Assembly: GCA_963663165.1 (NCBI GenBank)
Contig: OY760175.1
Location: forward strand, 4,448,001 to 4,512,000
DNA: 64,000 nucleotides
Origin: an uncultured Desulfospira sp.
Lineage (GTDB): Bacteria; Desulfobacterota; Desulfobacteria; Desulfobacterales; Desulfobacteraceae
Direction: 5' to 3'
The number at the start of each line of letters is the position of its first letter. The stretch's first letter is position 1. Positions 1 to 8,921 of the stretch are shown here, piece by piece. Below the pieces are notes generated by a model that had not been told where the DNA came from, did not search any database, and saw nothing but the letters and a program-made list of their open reading frames with translations. Made by a program: the position numbers and the translations under genes.

Positions 1-1
1 C

Positions 2-457
2 AATGTTATTAAAATTTTGGCACGTATTCCATTTATTGCACATATGATGCGTAAAAGAGTGGAGAATAATATTGAAGAATCTTTAAAGAAATCGGTCTCC
101 TTTCCTGATGTTCTATCCAAAACTACCAGAGATTGCGAAACTATGAAGCTATTCAAAGAGCTTTCAACAGGAATGATGGACAATATGGCCAAACGCCTTC
201 CAGGTACAATCAATGATATCAGAATCACCCAAAGCCATGATTATGCCTTAAATGAGATCACGGTTCCATCTCTCATTGTTCACGGTACTGACGACCCACA
301 CGTCCCTTTCAATGCGCATGGCAGAAGATTAGCTGAAGAGATAGCAGATGCCCAATTATATTTAGCCGAAAAAGGAGAGCATGTTGCTATTTTTACACAT
401 CGTACCGAAGTGAAGATGGCAGTTACTGAATTTTTGAAAAATTTACCTAATAGTTAG
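2..457 (+). CDS. Alpha/beta hydrolase, C-terminal part (5'-truncated by window edge)
   Basis: Frame is open from the window edge; C-terminal hydrolase motifs PSLIVHGTDDPHVP and GEH; AT-rich compared with the rest of the window. Confidence 0.75.
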   Translation, partial: NVIKILARIPFIAHMMRKRVENNIEESLKKSVSFPDVLSKTTRDCETMKLFKELSTGMMDNMAKRLPGTINDIRITQSHDYALNEITVPSLIVHGTDDPHVPFNAHGRRLAEEIADAQLYLAEKGEHVAIFTHRTEVKMAVTEFLKNLPNS

Positions 458-754
458 AGTTTAATAAGTGTTCAATTTGTTTATCTAAGCTCGCCCTATC
501 CTATTTCAAAAAAGCATCCGATATCAGAAGTATTGTGGAGGAGGGATCATTTTAAATTTTTACTGAGGACTACACCATTATCGAAGTGACCCCAGTGTGG
601 AATTTCAAACCCCGGACTATTATTAAAAGCCATGACCATCCAATCCCCTATAAACGGCCACAGGCCGACTTGGTTATCCAGCCAGGCACCGCCCACAACG
701 AAAAATAATAGTCTTTTCAGTTTGTTAGTGAGACTTTCATATAATAAAGACGGA

Positions 755-997
755 TGCCCGAGGTTATTTGAAATCCTGGTGGCGTTGTATTCATAAAGGA
801 TTTTCATGGGGCATAATCCGCCAAAAACCTTCAGGGGTACGCAATAAACCTTTAATGGTTCGCCTGCCTTTATTTGCCTATTGTATAACAGCCGCAGACT
901 GATTGGGTTAGTCCGAAATATCCGGGTTGGGCGGCGAAAAATTGTCCACAACGAATATTGAAAGAATCATTTTTCAGGAGGCTTTCCGGCATCGTGA
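755..997 (+). pseudogene. Possible decayed ECF S-component (MptD-like) 3' remnant
   Basis: Broken-frame fragments GYLKSWWR, MVRLPLFAYCITAA and RILK-NHF...SGIV resemble the C-terminus of such S-components (recalled consensus KLLKKHFxKAGIV) and lie directly before ecfT. Confidence 0.3.
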
Positions 998-1011
998 GAG
1001 ACGGGCTTTTA

Positions 1012-1764
1012 ATGAAAAGCGGTAAGCCGCTGACAGACAGGTGTGCGGTGTTATGTTCCATGATTTATTCCCTGGATGAACGGGCCAAGCTGGCCGGTGC
1101 GGTTTTAACTGTTTTTGCGTCACTGGCCTGTATTCAATGGGAATGCCAGCTTGTTCTTCTGGCGGCATCGCTGCTGCTCTGCCTTGCCTGCCGGGCCGTG
1201 GCAGGGGTTCTGGTTTTTACAGGCGTTGCTGTCCTGCTGGCCGCCGGTATCTTTTTATACCACGGGATAACCGGGTCCCAGACCCTTACCGGTATGGGGC
1301 TCCTGTTTCTGGCTCTCAAGTTCGGCCCCATGTGCGCCATGATTGTCTTTTTGTACAAAGCTGTGGATACCACCCTTTTTTTAAGGGCCATGGCCAAAAT
1401 GAAGGTCCCGGCCATGATCCTTTTGCCCCTTGGGGTCACCTTGCGGTTCATGCCGTCGTTTGTCCGGGAATTTTCCCATGTCCGGGATGCGTTGGCCTTC
1501 AGGGGGCTTGTCCTGTCGCCCGCAACGGTTTTAGCCCATCCTTTCCGGGTGATGGAATCGGTTTTAATCCCGCTGCTGATGCGGTCTGTTTTTATCGGGG
1601 AAGAGTTGTCTCGGGCGGCCCTGGCCAGGGGAATTGATGCCCCGGGCGAACCGGTCAGTATTTACGAGATCCGCTTTTCATTAAAGGATCTGGCATGGAC
1701 GGGCAGCTGGGCTGCCGGTGCTTTTGCGATCCTTTTCTGGGATTGGCGGATGGGGGGAATGTGA
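1012..1764 (+). CDS. ecfT: Energy-coupling factor transporter transmembrane component T
   Basis: LDERAKL, LRFMPSFVRE..RDALAFRG, IPLLMRS..EELSRAALARG motifs; start uncertain (958, 1012 or 1060). Confidence 0.85.
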   Translation: MKSGKPLTDRCAVLCSMIYSLDERAKLAGAVLTVFASLACIQWECQLVLLAASLLLCLACRAVAGVLVFTGVAVLLAAGIFLYHGITGSQTLTGMGLLFLALKFGPMCAMIVFLYKAVDTTLFLRAMAKMKVPAMILLPLGVTLRFMPSFVREFSHVRDALAFRGLVLSPATVLAHPFRVMESVLIPLLMRSVFIGEELSRAALARGIDAPGEPVSIYEIRFSLKDLAWTGSWAAGAFAILFWDWRMGGM

Positions 1765-3275
1765 TCCGGATTAAAAATTTAAGCTTTACCTACAAACCGG
1801 ACAAAACCGGCTGGATACTTAAGGATGCCTGCCTGGATGCCGCACCCGGGGAATGCATCCTGGTCTGCGGGGCCAGCGGGTGCGGGAAAACCACCCTGAC
1901 CCGGGCCGTTAACGGATTGATTCCCCATTTTGAAAAAGGGTGGCGGGCCGGCCGGGTCCTGGTGAACCGGGCCGGGGCTTACCGGGATGTTAAGCATTTC
2001 AGACCCCATGAATTGGCCCGGATCATGGGATCTGTATTCCAGGACCCAAGATCCCAGTTTTTTACCACCCGGGTAGAAGATGAGGTTGTCTGGGGATGTG
2101 AGAACTTAAAATTTGAAAAGAAAAAGATGACGGATCGCCTGGCGCAGGCCCTTTCCCTGTTCAACCTGGAACATCTGCGGGACAGGAACGTGTTTGAACT
2201 GTCCAACGGGGAAAAGCAGCGGGCCGTGTTTGCCTCGGTTTGGGCCATGGAACCCGGCATCTATGTTTTGGATGAGCCCTCATCCAACCTGGACCCGGGG
2301 TCGGTTCAAAATTTACGCTGGATTATCCGCCGGCTCAAAGGAAAAGGCCACACCGTTGTGATTGCCGAGCACCGCTTATATTACCTGGCCGGCCTGATTG
2401 ACCGCATGGTGGTCATGGACCGGGGAAAAATTAAAGCCTGTTACCAGGGCGGGGAAATTCAAGCGCTTTCATCTTCAGCCCTTGAAACCCGGGGGCTTCG
2501 CAGAATGGATCCGGCACACCTTGAGTTTAACGGAGGATCGGGGAGTGCCGGTGCCGGCGGTTCCGGGAAGGTCGGCCGCCAGGACCTGGTGCTTAATAAC
2601 CTGGGATTCCGGCACAAAGGAGACGCCAACCCGGTGATTAGAGATGTCAGCTTTACCATTTCAAGGGGAGAAATTTTAGGGATTTGCGGTCCCAACGGGT
2701 CAGGGAAAACCACCCTGTGCCGGCTGGTCTCAGGCTTGATCCGGAAGACAACAGGTGAGGTCTGCCTTGGCAGCACCCCGTTGCCGGCCAAAGAGCGGCT
2801 TAAGATCTGCCATCTGGTGCTCCAGCAGGCAGACCATCAATTGTTCAGGGCCAGTGTCCGGCAGGAAGTTTTGTCCATGCCCCGGTGCGCAGGAAAAGAC
2901 CGTTTTGCCATAGAGGAGATCCTTCAGTGCCTGGGCCTGCTGGACCTGGCCGATTGTCATCCCCAGGCCTTGTCCGGGGGGCAGAAGCAGCGCCTGTCCA
3001 TTGCCTGCGCCCTGGCCAGGGCCCCGGATTTTTTGATCCTTGATGAGCCCACATCCGGCATGGATGCCGGGCATATGAACCGCCTTGCCGGCCTGCTCAA
3101 GGCGTTTGCCGAAAGGGGCCGCGCTGTGGTGGTGGTCACCCATGATGCGCAGTTTATGGCAAAGACCTGTGCCCGGGCTGTGCTTCTGGATCAGGGCCGG
3201 GTAAGGATGAACCTGGATCTTTCAGAACCCCATAAGGAATTTAACGATTATCTAACCCAGGGAATTTTACCCTGA
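1761..3275 (+). CDS. ECF/ABC ATPase with duplicated nucleotide-binding domains (A-A' fusion)
   Basis: Two Walker A (GASGCGKT, GPNGSGKT), signatures LSNGEKQR and LSGGQKQR, two LDEP Walker B; GTG start overlaps the ecfT stop. Confidence 0.9.
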   Translation: MIRIKNLSFTYKPDKTGWILKDACLDAAPGECILVCGASGCGKTTLTRAVNGLIPHFEKGWRAGRVLVNRAGAYRDVKHFRPHELARIMGSVFQDPRSQFFTTRVEDEVVWGCENLKFEKKKMTDRLAQALSLFNLEHLRDRNVFELSNGEKQRAVFASVWAMEPGIYVLDEPSSNLDPGSVQNLRWIIRRLKGKGHTVVIAEHRLYYLAGLIDRMVVMDRGKIKACYQGGEIQALSSSALETRGLRRMDPAHLEFNGGSGSAGAGGSGKVGRQDLVLNNLGFRHKGDANPVIRDVSFTISRGEILGICGPNGSGKTTLCRLVSGLIRKTTGEVCLGSTPLPAKERLKICHLVLQQADHQLFRASVRQEVLSMPRCAGKDRFAIEEILQCLGLLDLADCHPQALSGGQKQRLSIACALARAPDFLILDEPTSGMDAGHMNRLAGLLKAFAERGRAVVVVTHDAQFMAKTCARAVLLDQGRVRMNLDLSEPHKEFNDYLTQGILP

Positions 3276-3365
3276 AAGACCGTGGCGGCCTAAATTTTCG
3301 TTTAAGGTCCGCCCGCAGCAAGAGTGAAAAAAAGAACCGTTTTAAGCTGTACCAACCCGCGGACA

Positions 3366-3400
3366 ACTAACAGCTAATGGCTAACAGCTAACAGCTAATC
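3366..3400 (+). repeat. Heptamer tandem repeat family A (GCTAAYR)x5
   Basis: actaaca gctaatg gctaaca gctaaca gctaatc, directly before the RBS aaaggagg. Confidence 0.85.
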
Positions 3401-3411
3401 AAAGGAGGACC

Positions 3412-4431
3412 ATGGAAACCATAACCGACACCGGCATTAACTACCGAAGCATTGAACAGATGCTTTTCAGCAGTATTAAATCAAGGCTGTTGCTTTGTGC
3501 CATCAAGCTTAAAGTGTTTGACCTGCTCGATACCCCGGCCGAGAGTGAAACCGTGGCGGCAGCGCTGAACACCCACCCGGACAATACACGGCTGATGCTC
3601 AAGGGGCTTACGGCCTGCGGCCTTGTCCGGTATAAAGAGGGGAAATATGAAAATACAGGAGAATCAAACGCCTTTCTTAGGTCAAAAAGCGCGGCCTGCA
3701 TCACCGGATGGCTGGACCAGGCCGCCGGGATGTTCGGCCCGATCCTGGATAATTTTGAAACCCTGGTTAAGAAAGGTCCCACGCCTCCCGGGCCGGACAC
3801 CCATATGAACTCTGAGGCCATGTGCGAATTTTATACCCATGCCCATGCCCAGACCGAACTTGCCGGGGTGGCCGCCAAAACCGCCGGGATTGTCCGGGAC
3901 CTGTCTGAATTTTCAAGCATGAAGAAAATGCTGGATCTCGGGGGCGGGCCGGGGTTGAATTCAGTTGCCATTGTCCAGGCCCATGACACCCTTGAAAGCG
4001 TGGTGTTTGACAGGGCATCCGTGGCGGCCATTGCCCGGGCGTATATTGAACGGTTCGGCTGTGTCGGCCGGATCACCACGCTTTCAGGCGATTACACCAA
4101 AGATGACCCGGGAAACGGGTATGATCTGGTGCTGGCTTCAGATACCCTGTATTATGAGGGAAGCGAACTGGAACGGATTGCTGCCCGGGTTTATGATGCC
4201 TTAAATCCCGGCGGGGTACTGGTAGGGATTCACGGGGTGGTGACCAAGGACCGGACCGGCCCCGGGCCCATGGTCCTGGGCATGCTGCCCGATGCCCTTA
4301 TGGGCCAGGGGGAACTGCCCTGCGAAGGGTTTCTGGCACCGGCCCTGCTCCGGGCCGGGTTCAAACAGGTGCAGACCAGAAAAATGTTCATGGTATCTAA
4401 TGAAATGGAGGTAGACATCGCAAGAAAATGA
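3412..4431 (+). CDS. SAM-dependent O-methyltransferase (dimerisation HTH plus Methyltransf_2 type)
   Basis: N-terminal AIKLKVFDLL/wHTH region, MLDLGGGPG SAM motif; strong RBS. Confidence 0.85.
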   Translation: METITDTGINYRSIEQMLFSSIKSRLLLCAIKLKVFDLLDTPAESETVAAALNTHPDNTRLMLKGLTACGLVRYKEGKYENTGESNAFLRSKSAACITGWLDQAAGMFGPILDNFETLVKKGPTPPGPDTHMNSEAMCEFYTHAHAQTELAGVAAKTAGIVRDLSEFSSMKKMLDLGGGPGLNSVAIVQAHDTLESVVFDRASVAAIARAYIERFGCVGRITTLSGDYTKDDPGNGYDLVLASDTLYYEGSELERIAARVYDALNPGGVLVGIHGVVTKDRTGPGPMVLGMLPDALMGQGELPCEGFLAPALLRAGFKQVQTRKMFMVSNEMEVDIARK

Positions 4432-5246
4432 AACGTATCGTTGAATCTTTATCCAATCATGCCAATGAATATATCCGCTGCCTGGCCGGTTCCCATCCGT
4501 TACGAAAGCCGGTTCTCAGTGCCATGCTGGACTTTCTTTCCCTTGAGGGCAAAGGGCTTGATGTCGGCTGCGGCATCGGGCTTCCCGCTGTGGAGATGGC
4601 CCTGAAAGGCCTTGATGTGACCGGCCTTGACCGGGAAGGGGAGTTTATCGAAATTGCCCGGGGGACTGCCGAAACACTCGGGCTTAAAGACTCCCCGGTT
4701 TTTGTCCGGGGGGATGCCGGCCGCCTTGAATTTGAAGCCGATTGTTTTGACTGGGCCTGGAGCATGGATTGTGTCAATTACGCCAAAGGCCTGAATACCA
4801 CCCCTTTATCGGAAATGAAACGGGTGACAAAACCCGGGGGACGGCTGATCCTTTCCGCCTGGTCTTCCCAGATGCTGCTGCCGGGATATCCAATGCTGGA
4901 GGCCCGGTTGAACACAACCCCTGAGGGGTTGGCCCCCTTTGAGGCCGGCATGGCCCCGCTGCACCACTTCATGGCCACGGCAGGGGTATTCAAACAGATG
5001 GGCCTGAAAGCCGTTCGGTGCCAAACTTTTTTACGGGACATTTCCCTGCCTTTGTCCAGCGGGGAAACACAGGCCATGAAAGATATATTTTACATGCGCT
5101 GGTCAGGTTCTCCGTCCGGGCTGGCGCCTGGGGAAAAATCCCTGTACACGGCCCTGACCGATCCTGAGTCTGACCGGTTTGTCCTTTTAGAGCCCGGGTT
5201 TTACGGATTTTTTACCTATACGATGTTCACCGGTGTGGTGCCGTAA
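4428..5246 (+). CDS. Class I SAM-dependent methyltransferase
   Basis: LDVGCGIG, GDA..LEF, RVTKPGG motifs; ATGA overlap with the upstream gene. Confidence 0.9.
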   Translation: MKRIVESLSNHANEYIRCLAGSHPLRKPVLSAMLDFLSLEGKGLDVGCGIGLPAVEMALKGLDVTGLDREGEFIEIARGTAETLGLKDSPVFVRGDAGRLEFEADCFDWAWSMDCVNYAKGLNTTPLSEMKRVTKPGGRLILSAWSSQMLLPGYPMLEARLNTTPEGLAPFEAGMAPLHHFMATAGVFKQMGLKAVRCQTFLRDISLPLSSGETQAMKDIFYMRWSGSPSGLAPGEKSLYTALTDPESDRFVLLEPGFYGFFTYTMFTGVVP

Positions 5247-5335
5247 ACAGCAACCGGGGCTTTGGGCCATCATTGCCCCTGTAAATATGTATATTAAAAC
5301 CGCCATGGGGCTTTGGGCTGTCCTTTACTTTTTCT
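5245..5335 (+). pseudogene. 5' remnant of a YbtP/IrtA-like siderophore ABC transporter
   Basis: KQQPGLWAIIAPVNMYIKTAMGL resembles the recalled YbtP N-terminus (PLWQVITPVRRKVILAMAL); similarity stops after about 25 codons; 12-bp direct repeat GGGGCTTTGGGC at 5256 and 5307. Confidence 0.4.
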
Positions 5336-5432
5336 GCCGCCTTGTAACTGCCTGTGGCAAGGGGACAGCTTTGAATGGCGCCTTGATTTTATTCGGACAT
5401 TCATGGGGGGGGTGGCATCCTAAACCTGGGCT

Positions 5433-6443
5433 TCACCATGTGGCCGGCTGGCTCTTCCGGGCTGTCGCCTCTTTAAGGAGGGTGACCGGCGGATAGTTGA
5501 ACTGCCGGGTAAAGGCTCGGGTAAAATGGGCCCGGTTGGCATACCCGACCTGATAGGCCACCTCTGATACGGTGGTGTCCCCTTTTTCCAGCAGTTCATG
5601 TCCCTTTTCCATTCTCCTGGAAAGGACATAGGCCGAAATTGTGGTGTGGAACAGGTGCTTAAATCCTTTTTTCAATTTGGTCTGGTTCAGCCCGGTTTGC
5701 CGGGCAAGTGCCGCCAAGGTCGGCGGGTCGTGATACTGCCGGTCCAGGATTTGGCGGACCTGGTACAGCTGTTCTTTTTCACGGCTGGAGGGAAGGCGGC
5801 CATGGGCCTCAGGGAGAGAAGGAGATTTGAAGCGGCCCATGGCCAGCGCAATGATTTCCAAAGATTTGGCGGTCAGATAAATGGTTTTTGCGGTTCCCGT
5901 GAACCGGCAATCCATTAACTGCCGGGCCGCCATCCCCATGGAAGGACTTAAACTGTTTTTGACATACGGCAGCGGTTCAGATGCTTGGGCCTTTGCAAAA
6001 GGCAGGCCGCCCATGATGCGTTTGCTCATCTCCCGGTAAGGCAGCCTGTCCGGTTCAATCAGCAGACTGATCAGCAGGATGGGGTCATGGGGCATGCCCT
6101 CAATGATGCCATTATCCAGGTCAGATCCGGACAAGCACATCTCGAACTGCCCCGGCAGGGTCTGGTATGTGGGAACCGGCCCGGGCCGGTCCTGGGTCCA
6201 GTTGAGCCGGCCGGACATGCAAAGGGTGATTCCCAAAAAATAATGTTCAGGAATTACCCGGGCACACAGTTGTTCTTTTAAGGTATAATGTTCCAGGTAA
6301 AGCTTTAATCCTGGCTCCAGGGATATTTCCCTGCGGTACCCTTTGCCGATGGCATGGGGCAGGGTTCGCACAGTTTCAGCCCCATCCCGGGCAGGATGTC
6401 CTCCATAGCACTGAAACTGTTCAAATAATCTGGATGTATTCAT
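5433..6443 (-). CDS. AraC-family transcriptional regulator, PchR/YbtA-like
   Basis: PPTLAALARQTGLNQTKLKKGFKHLF...VSEVAYQVGY.NRAHFTRAFTRQF. Confidence 0.9.
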   Translation of the reverse strand: MNTSRLFEQFQCYGGHPARDGAETVRTLPHAIGKGYRREISLEPGLKLYLEHYTLKEQLCARVIPEHYFLGITLCMSGRLNWTQDRPGPVPTYQTLPGQFEMCLSGSDLDNGIIEGMPHDPILLISLLIEPDRLPYREMSKRIMGGLPFAKAQASEPLPYVKNSLSPSMGMAARQLMDCRFTGTAKTIYLTAKSLEIIALAMGRFKSPSLPEAHGRLPSSREKEQLYQVRQILDRQYHDPPTLAALARQTGLNQTKLKKGFKHLFHTTISAYVLSRRMEKGHELLEKGDTTVSEVAYQVGYANRAHFTRAFTRQFNYPPVTLLKEATARKSQPATW

Positions 6444-6468
6444 TAATCAAATAAAATTTTGTTCAACA

Positions 6469-6534
6469 TTGACAACTCAATTATATGAGTAAATTTTATT
6501 TGTCAACCAATTAATTTATTCATAATATGAATAA
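6469..6534. promoter_or_regulatory. AT-rich araC promoter region with palindromic operator candidates
   Basis: TTATTCATA-A-TATGAATAA (6516-6534) perfect 9-1-9 palindrome; ACTCA-N6-TGAGT (6475-6490); TTGACA-type hexamers on both strands. Confidence 0.5.
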
Positions 6535-6602
6535 TGTTCGTTTAATCAAATATTACAATTTACGAAAGCTTTCGGCCTTTTTATACCGTCACGTCAGGGG
6601 GG

Positions 6603-8711
6603 CTATCTGGCCGGGGATCGTGATATTTTGGCCTCGTCAAAGGATGCCATTTCGCTCATGATCCGGCATGCGGTCTGGGCAAGCTCAATGGCCAGGGCCG
6701 CGCCCGTGGCTTCTCCCAACCGCATGTCCAGATCCATTACGGGTTCAAGTCCCATGTATTCCAGGGCGGCGGCCTGGGCCGGTTCCACGGATTTATGGCC
6801 GCAGATAAGATACCCCCGGATTTGGGGGCAGAGCATATAGGCCAGAAGGCCTGCTGCCGTGGAGATAACCCCGTCCAGAACCACGGCGCACCCCTTTGAT
6901 GCGGCGGCCAGGGCCGCACCGGCAATGCCGGCCAGTTCAAATCCCCCAAGCTTCATGAGAACATCAAGCCCCTCTTCCGGGTCAATGGCGTGGAAATGAA
7001 GTATTTTTTCAACTACCTCTGCCTTATGGGACAGCCCTTTGTTGTCCAGGCCGATTCCCCTGCCCGTGGCCTGTGCCGGTGAAAGGCCTGTGACAGCACA
7101 GATTATGGCCGTGGCGCTGGTGGTATTGCCGATGCCCATTTCTCCCAACCCCAGGATCTGGGGGGGCTCCGGGTCGCTGACGGCGGCAAACGCCCGGATC
7201 CCGTTTTCAAGGGCCTGTACCGCCTCATCCCGGGTCATGGCAGGTTCTAAGGCCATGTTCCTGGTTCCTGACGCCACCTTGGCCCGGATCAGGTCCGGGT
7301 GGGGGGAAAAGTCTTTGTCCACCCCCATGTCCACCACCTTCATGTCAATGCCGTGACAGCGGCAGATCACGTTGATGGCGGCCCCGCCGTTAAGGAAATT
7401 ATCCACCATCTGCCCGGTAACCTCCCGGGGAAATGCCGACACTCCTTCTTCGGTAACCCCATGGTCTGCGGCAAACACCAGGACCGCTTTTTTCCGGATA
7501 GCCGGTTTCAGGCTGTTCTGGATAACGGCCATCTGCACCCCTAAGCCTTCTAATTTTCCAAGGGAGCCCAGGGGCTTGCTTTTATCGTCCATTTTGGCAC
7601 GGGCTTCAGGGCCGAGGGTGCCTGCCGGGTCAATTCCCTTGATGGTGTCCATGATTAACCGGCTTTGAGAAATTGTGGTGAAGGAAGAGAGGGCCTCCTG
7701 TTTTTTCGGCAGGGCCTGATCCCGGGCCGATGTCTTAGTGGTTTTTCCGGTAAAATCCAGGATATATTTAAAGGCCTTGCCTTTTAATACTTTTGGAAGC
7801 ACTTGCGGTGCCTGTTCCGGCTGAACCACCCCTTCAATTAGCCGGGCCAGGGATTTTTCATGGGAAATCAAAAAGGGGACACCCCGTTCCATATCTGATT
7901 TTTTCATGCCATAGGCCCCTGAAATGGCAATTTCCTTGTAGTGGATCAGGTTCAGCAGGTTGGTTTCAATGGATTCATTTTTGGTGATGCCGGAAAAAAA
8001 GGAGAAATGGCCGCCCTTGTCCACCTTGGTAAGGGCCTGGCTAAAGGCAATATAATCGGGACAGGCATTAATCACGATATCAAACCGACTGTCATGGGTT
8101 TCCTTGGCACAGGCCAGGTCTTCCGCCGCCAAAACAGGGGCGATTTTCTGGATTTTTACCTCATCCTTTTCCAGGATAAAGGGCTCAAGGCCCCGGTGCC
8201 GGGCATAAATGGCCGTGATCAGCCCCATGGTGCCCCCGCCGTAAACAAGGATCCGTTTGCCCGGGGTAACGGGAAATTGATCAAAGGCGTTGACCACGCA
8301 TCCCACAGGTTCGGCGAAACAGGCCACATGGGTATCCAGTTCGTCTGGTGCGGGAATAAGGCTTGCCAGGGGCACCACGGCTTTGTGGGCAAATCCGCCG
8401 TCCCGGTGAAACCCGATAATTTTCATTTCATCACAAAGGTTTTCCCTGCCGGATCTGCAATAAGAACAGGTCCCGCAGCTGGTTCCCGGCCAGACCAAAA
8501 ACCTTTGGCCGTCCCGGGCAAGGACCACCATCTCATGGCCTAACACCCGGGGAAACACCAAATCCCGCTGTCCCTGCACCCACATCTTGGCATCGGTCCG
8601 GCAGACAGCACAGGCCAGCACATCCACCAGGACTTCATCAGGTCCGGGTTCCCGGACAGGCAGCGGCTGGATTTCAAGTTTTCCCAACCCTGTCAGCACC
8701 ATTTGGATCAT
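6603..8711 (-). CDS. cobT: Fusion: Zn-dependent medium-chain dehydrogenase (N-terminal) and nicotinate-nucleotide-dimethylbenzimidazole phosphoribosyltransferase CobT (C-terminal)
   Basis: MDR motifs CAVCRTD, GHE, CGTCSYCRSGRENLC, GGGTMG; CobT motifs KPLGSLGKLE, AADHGV, GEMGIGNTT, RLGEATGA; one uninterrupted frame of 702 aa. Confidence 0.92.
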   Translation of the reverse strand: MIQMVLTGLGKLEIQPLPVREPGPDEVLVDVLACAVCRTDAKMWVQGQRDLVFPRVLGHEMVVLARDGQRFLVWPGTSCGTCSYCRSGRENLCDEMKIIGFHRDGGFAHKAVVPLASLIPAPDELDTHVACFAEPVGCVVNAFDQFPVTPGKRILVYGGGTMGLITAIYARHRGLEPFILEKDEVKIQKIAPVLAAEDLACAKETHDSRFDIVINACPDYIAFSQALTKVDKGGHFSFFSGITKNESIETNLLNLIHYKEIAISGAYGMKKSDMERGVPFLISHEKSLARLIEGVVQPEQAPQVLPKVLKGKAFKYILDFTGKTTKTSARDQALPKKQEALSSFTTISQSRLIMDTIKGIDPAGTLGPEARAKMDDKSKPLGSLGKLEGLGVQMAVIQNSLKPAIRKKAVLVFAADHGVTEEGVSAFPREVTGQMVDNFLNGGAAINVICRCHGIDMKVVDMGVDKDFSPHPDLIRAKVASGTRNMALEPAMTRDEAVQALENGIRAFAAVSDPEPPQILGLGEMGIGNTTSATAIICAVTGLSPAQATGRGIGLDNKGLSHKAEVVEKILHFHAIDPEEGLDVLMKLGGFELAGIAGAALAAASKGCAVVLDGVISTAAGLLAYMLCPQIRGYLICGHKSVEPAQAAALEYMGLEPVMDLDMRLGEATGAALAIELAQTACRIMSEMASFDEAKISRSPAR

Positions 8712-8911
8712 GACAAATCCTCTTCTGTTAACACCAGTTTTTTAATCGTGACCTTCGGATATCCTTTTTCTGAGGCCTGCCGCATAAGCTTTCTGACCTC
8801 TTCCAGCCGGTCCATGGGAAAGACCGACGCCTTGTCCAGGCCGACCTCAAGAATGCCGCTGTCCTTAAATCTTAAATATGTATGGTGGGATTTTATAATC
8901 AACAGTTCCAT
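8708..8911 (-). CDS. Small hypothetical protein (67 aa) in the B12 operon
   Basis: AAGGA RBS, 10 nt after the trpD-like stop; its stop overlaps the start of the fusion gene (ATGA). Confidence 0.75.
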   Translation of the reverse strand: MELLIIKSHHTYLRFKDSGILEVGLDKASVFPMDRLEEVRKLMRQASEKGYPKVTIKKLVLTEEDLS

Positions 8912-8921
8912 GATGGTGTCC

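Noticed and set aside
547..951. 134-aa minus-strand ORF
   Set aside because: No recognisable motif or RBS; overlaps what looks like plus-strand gene debris
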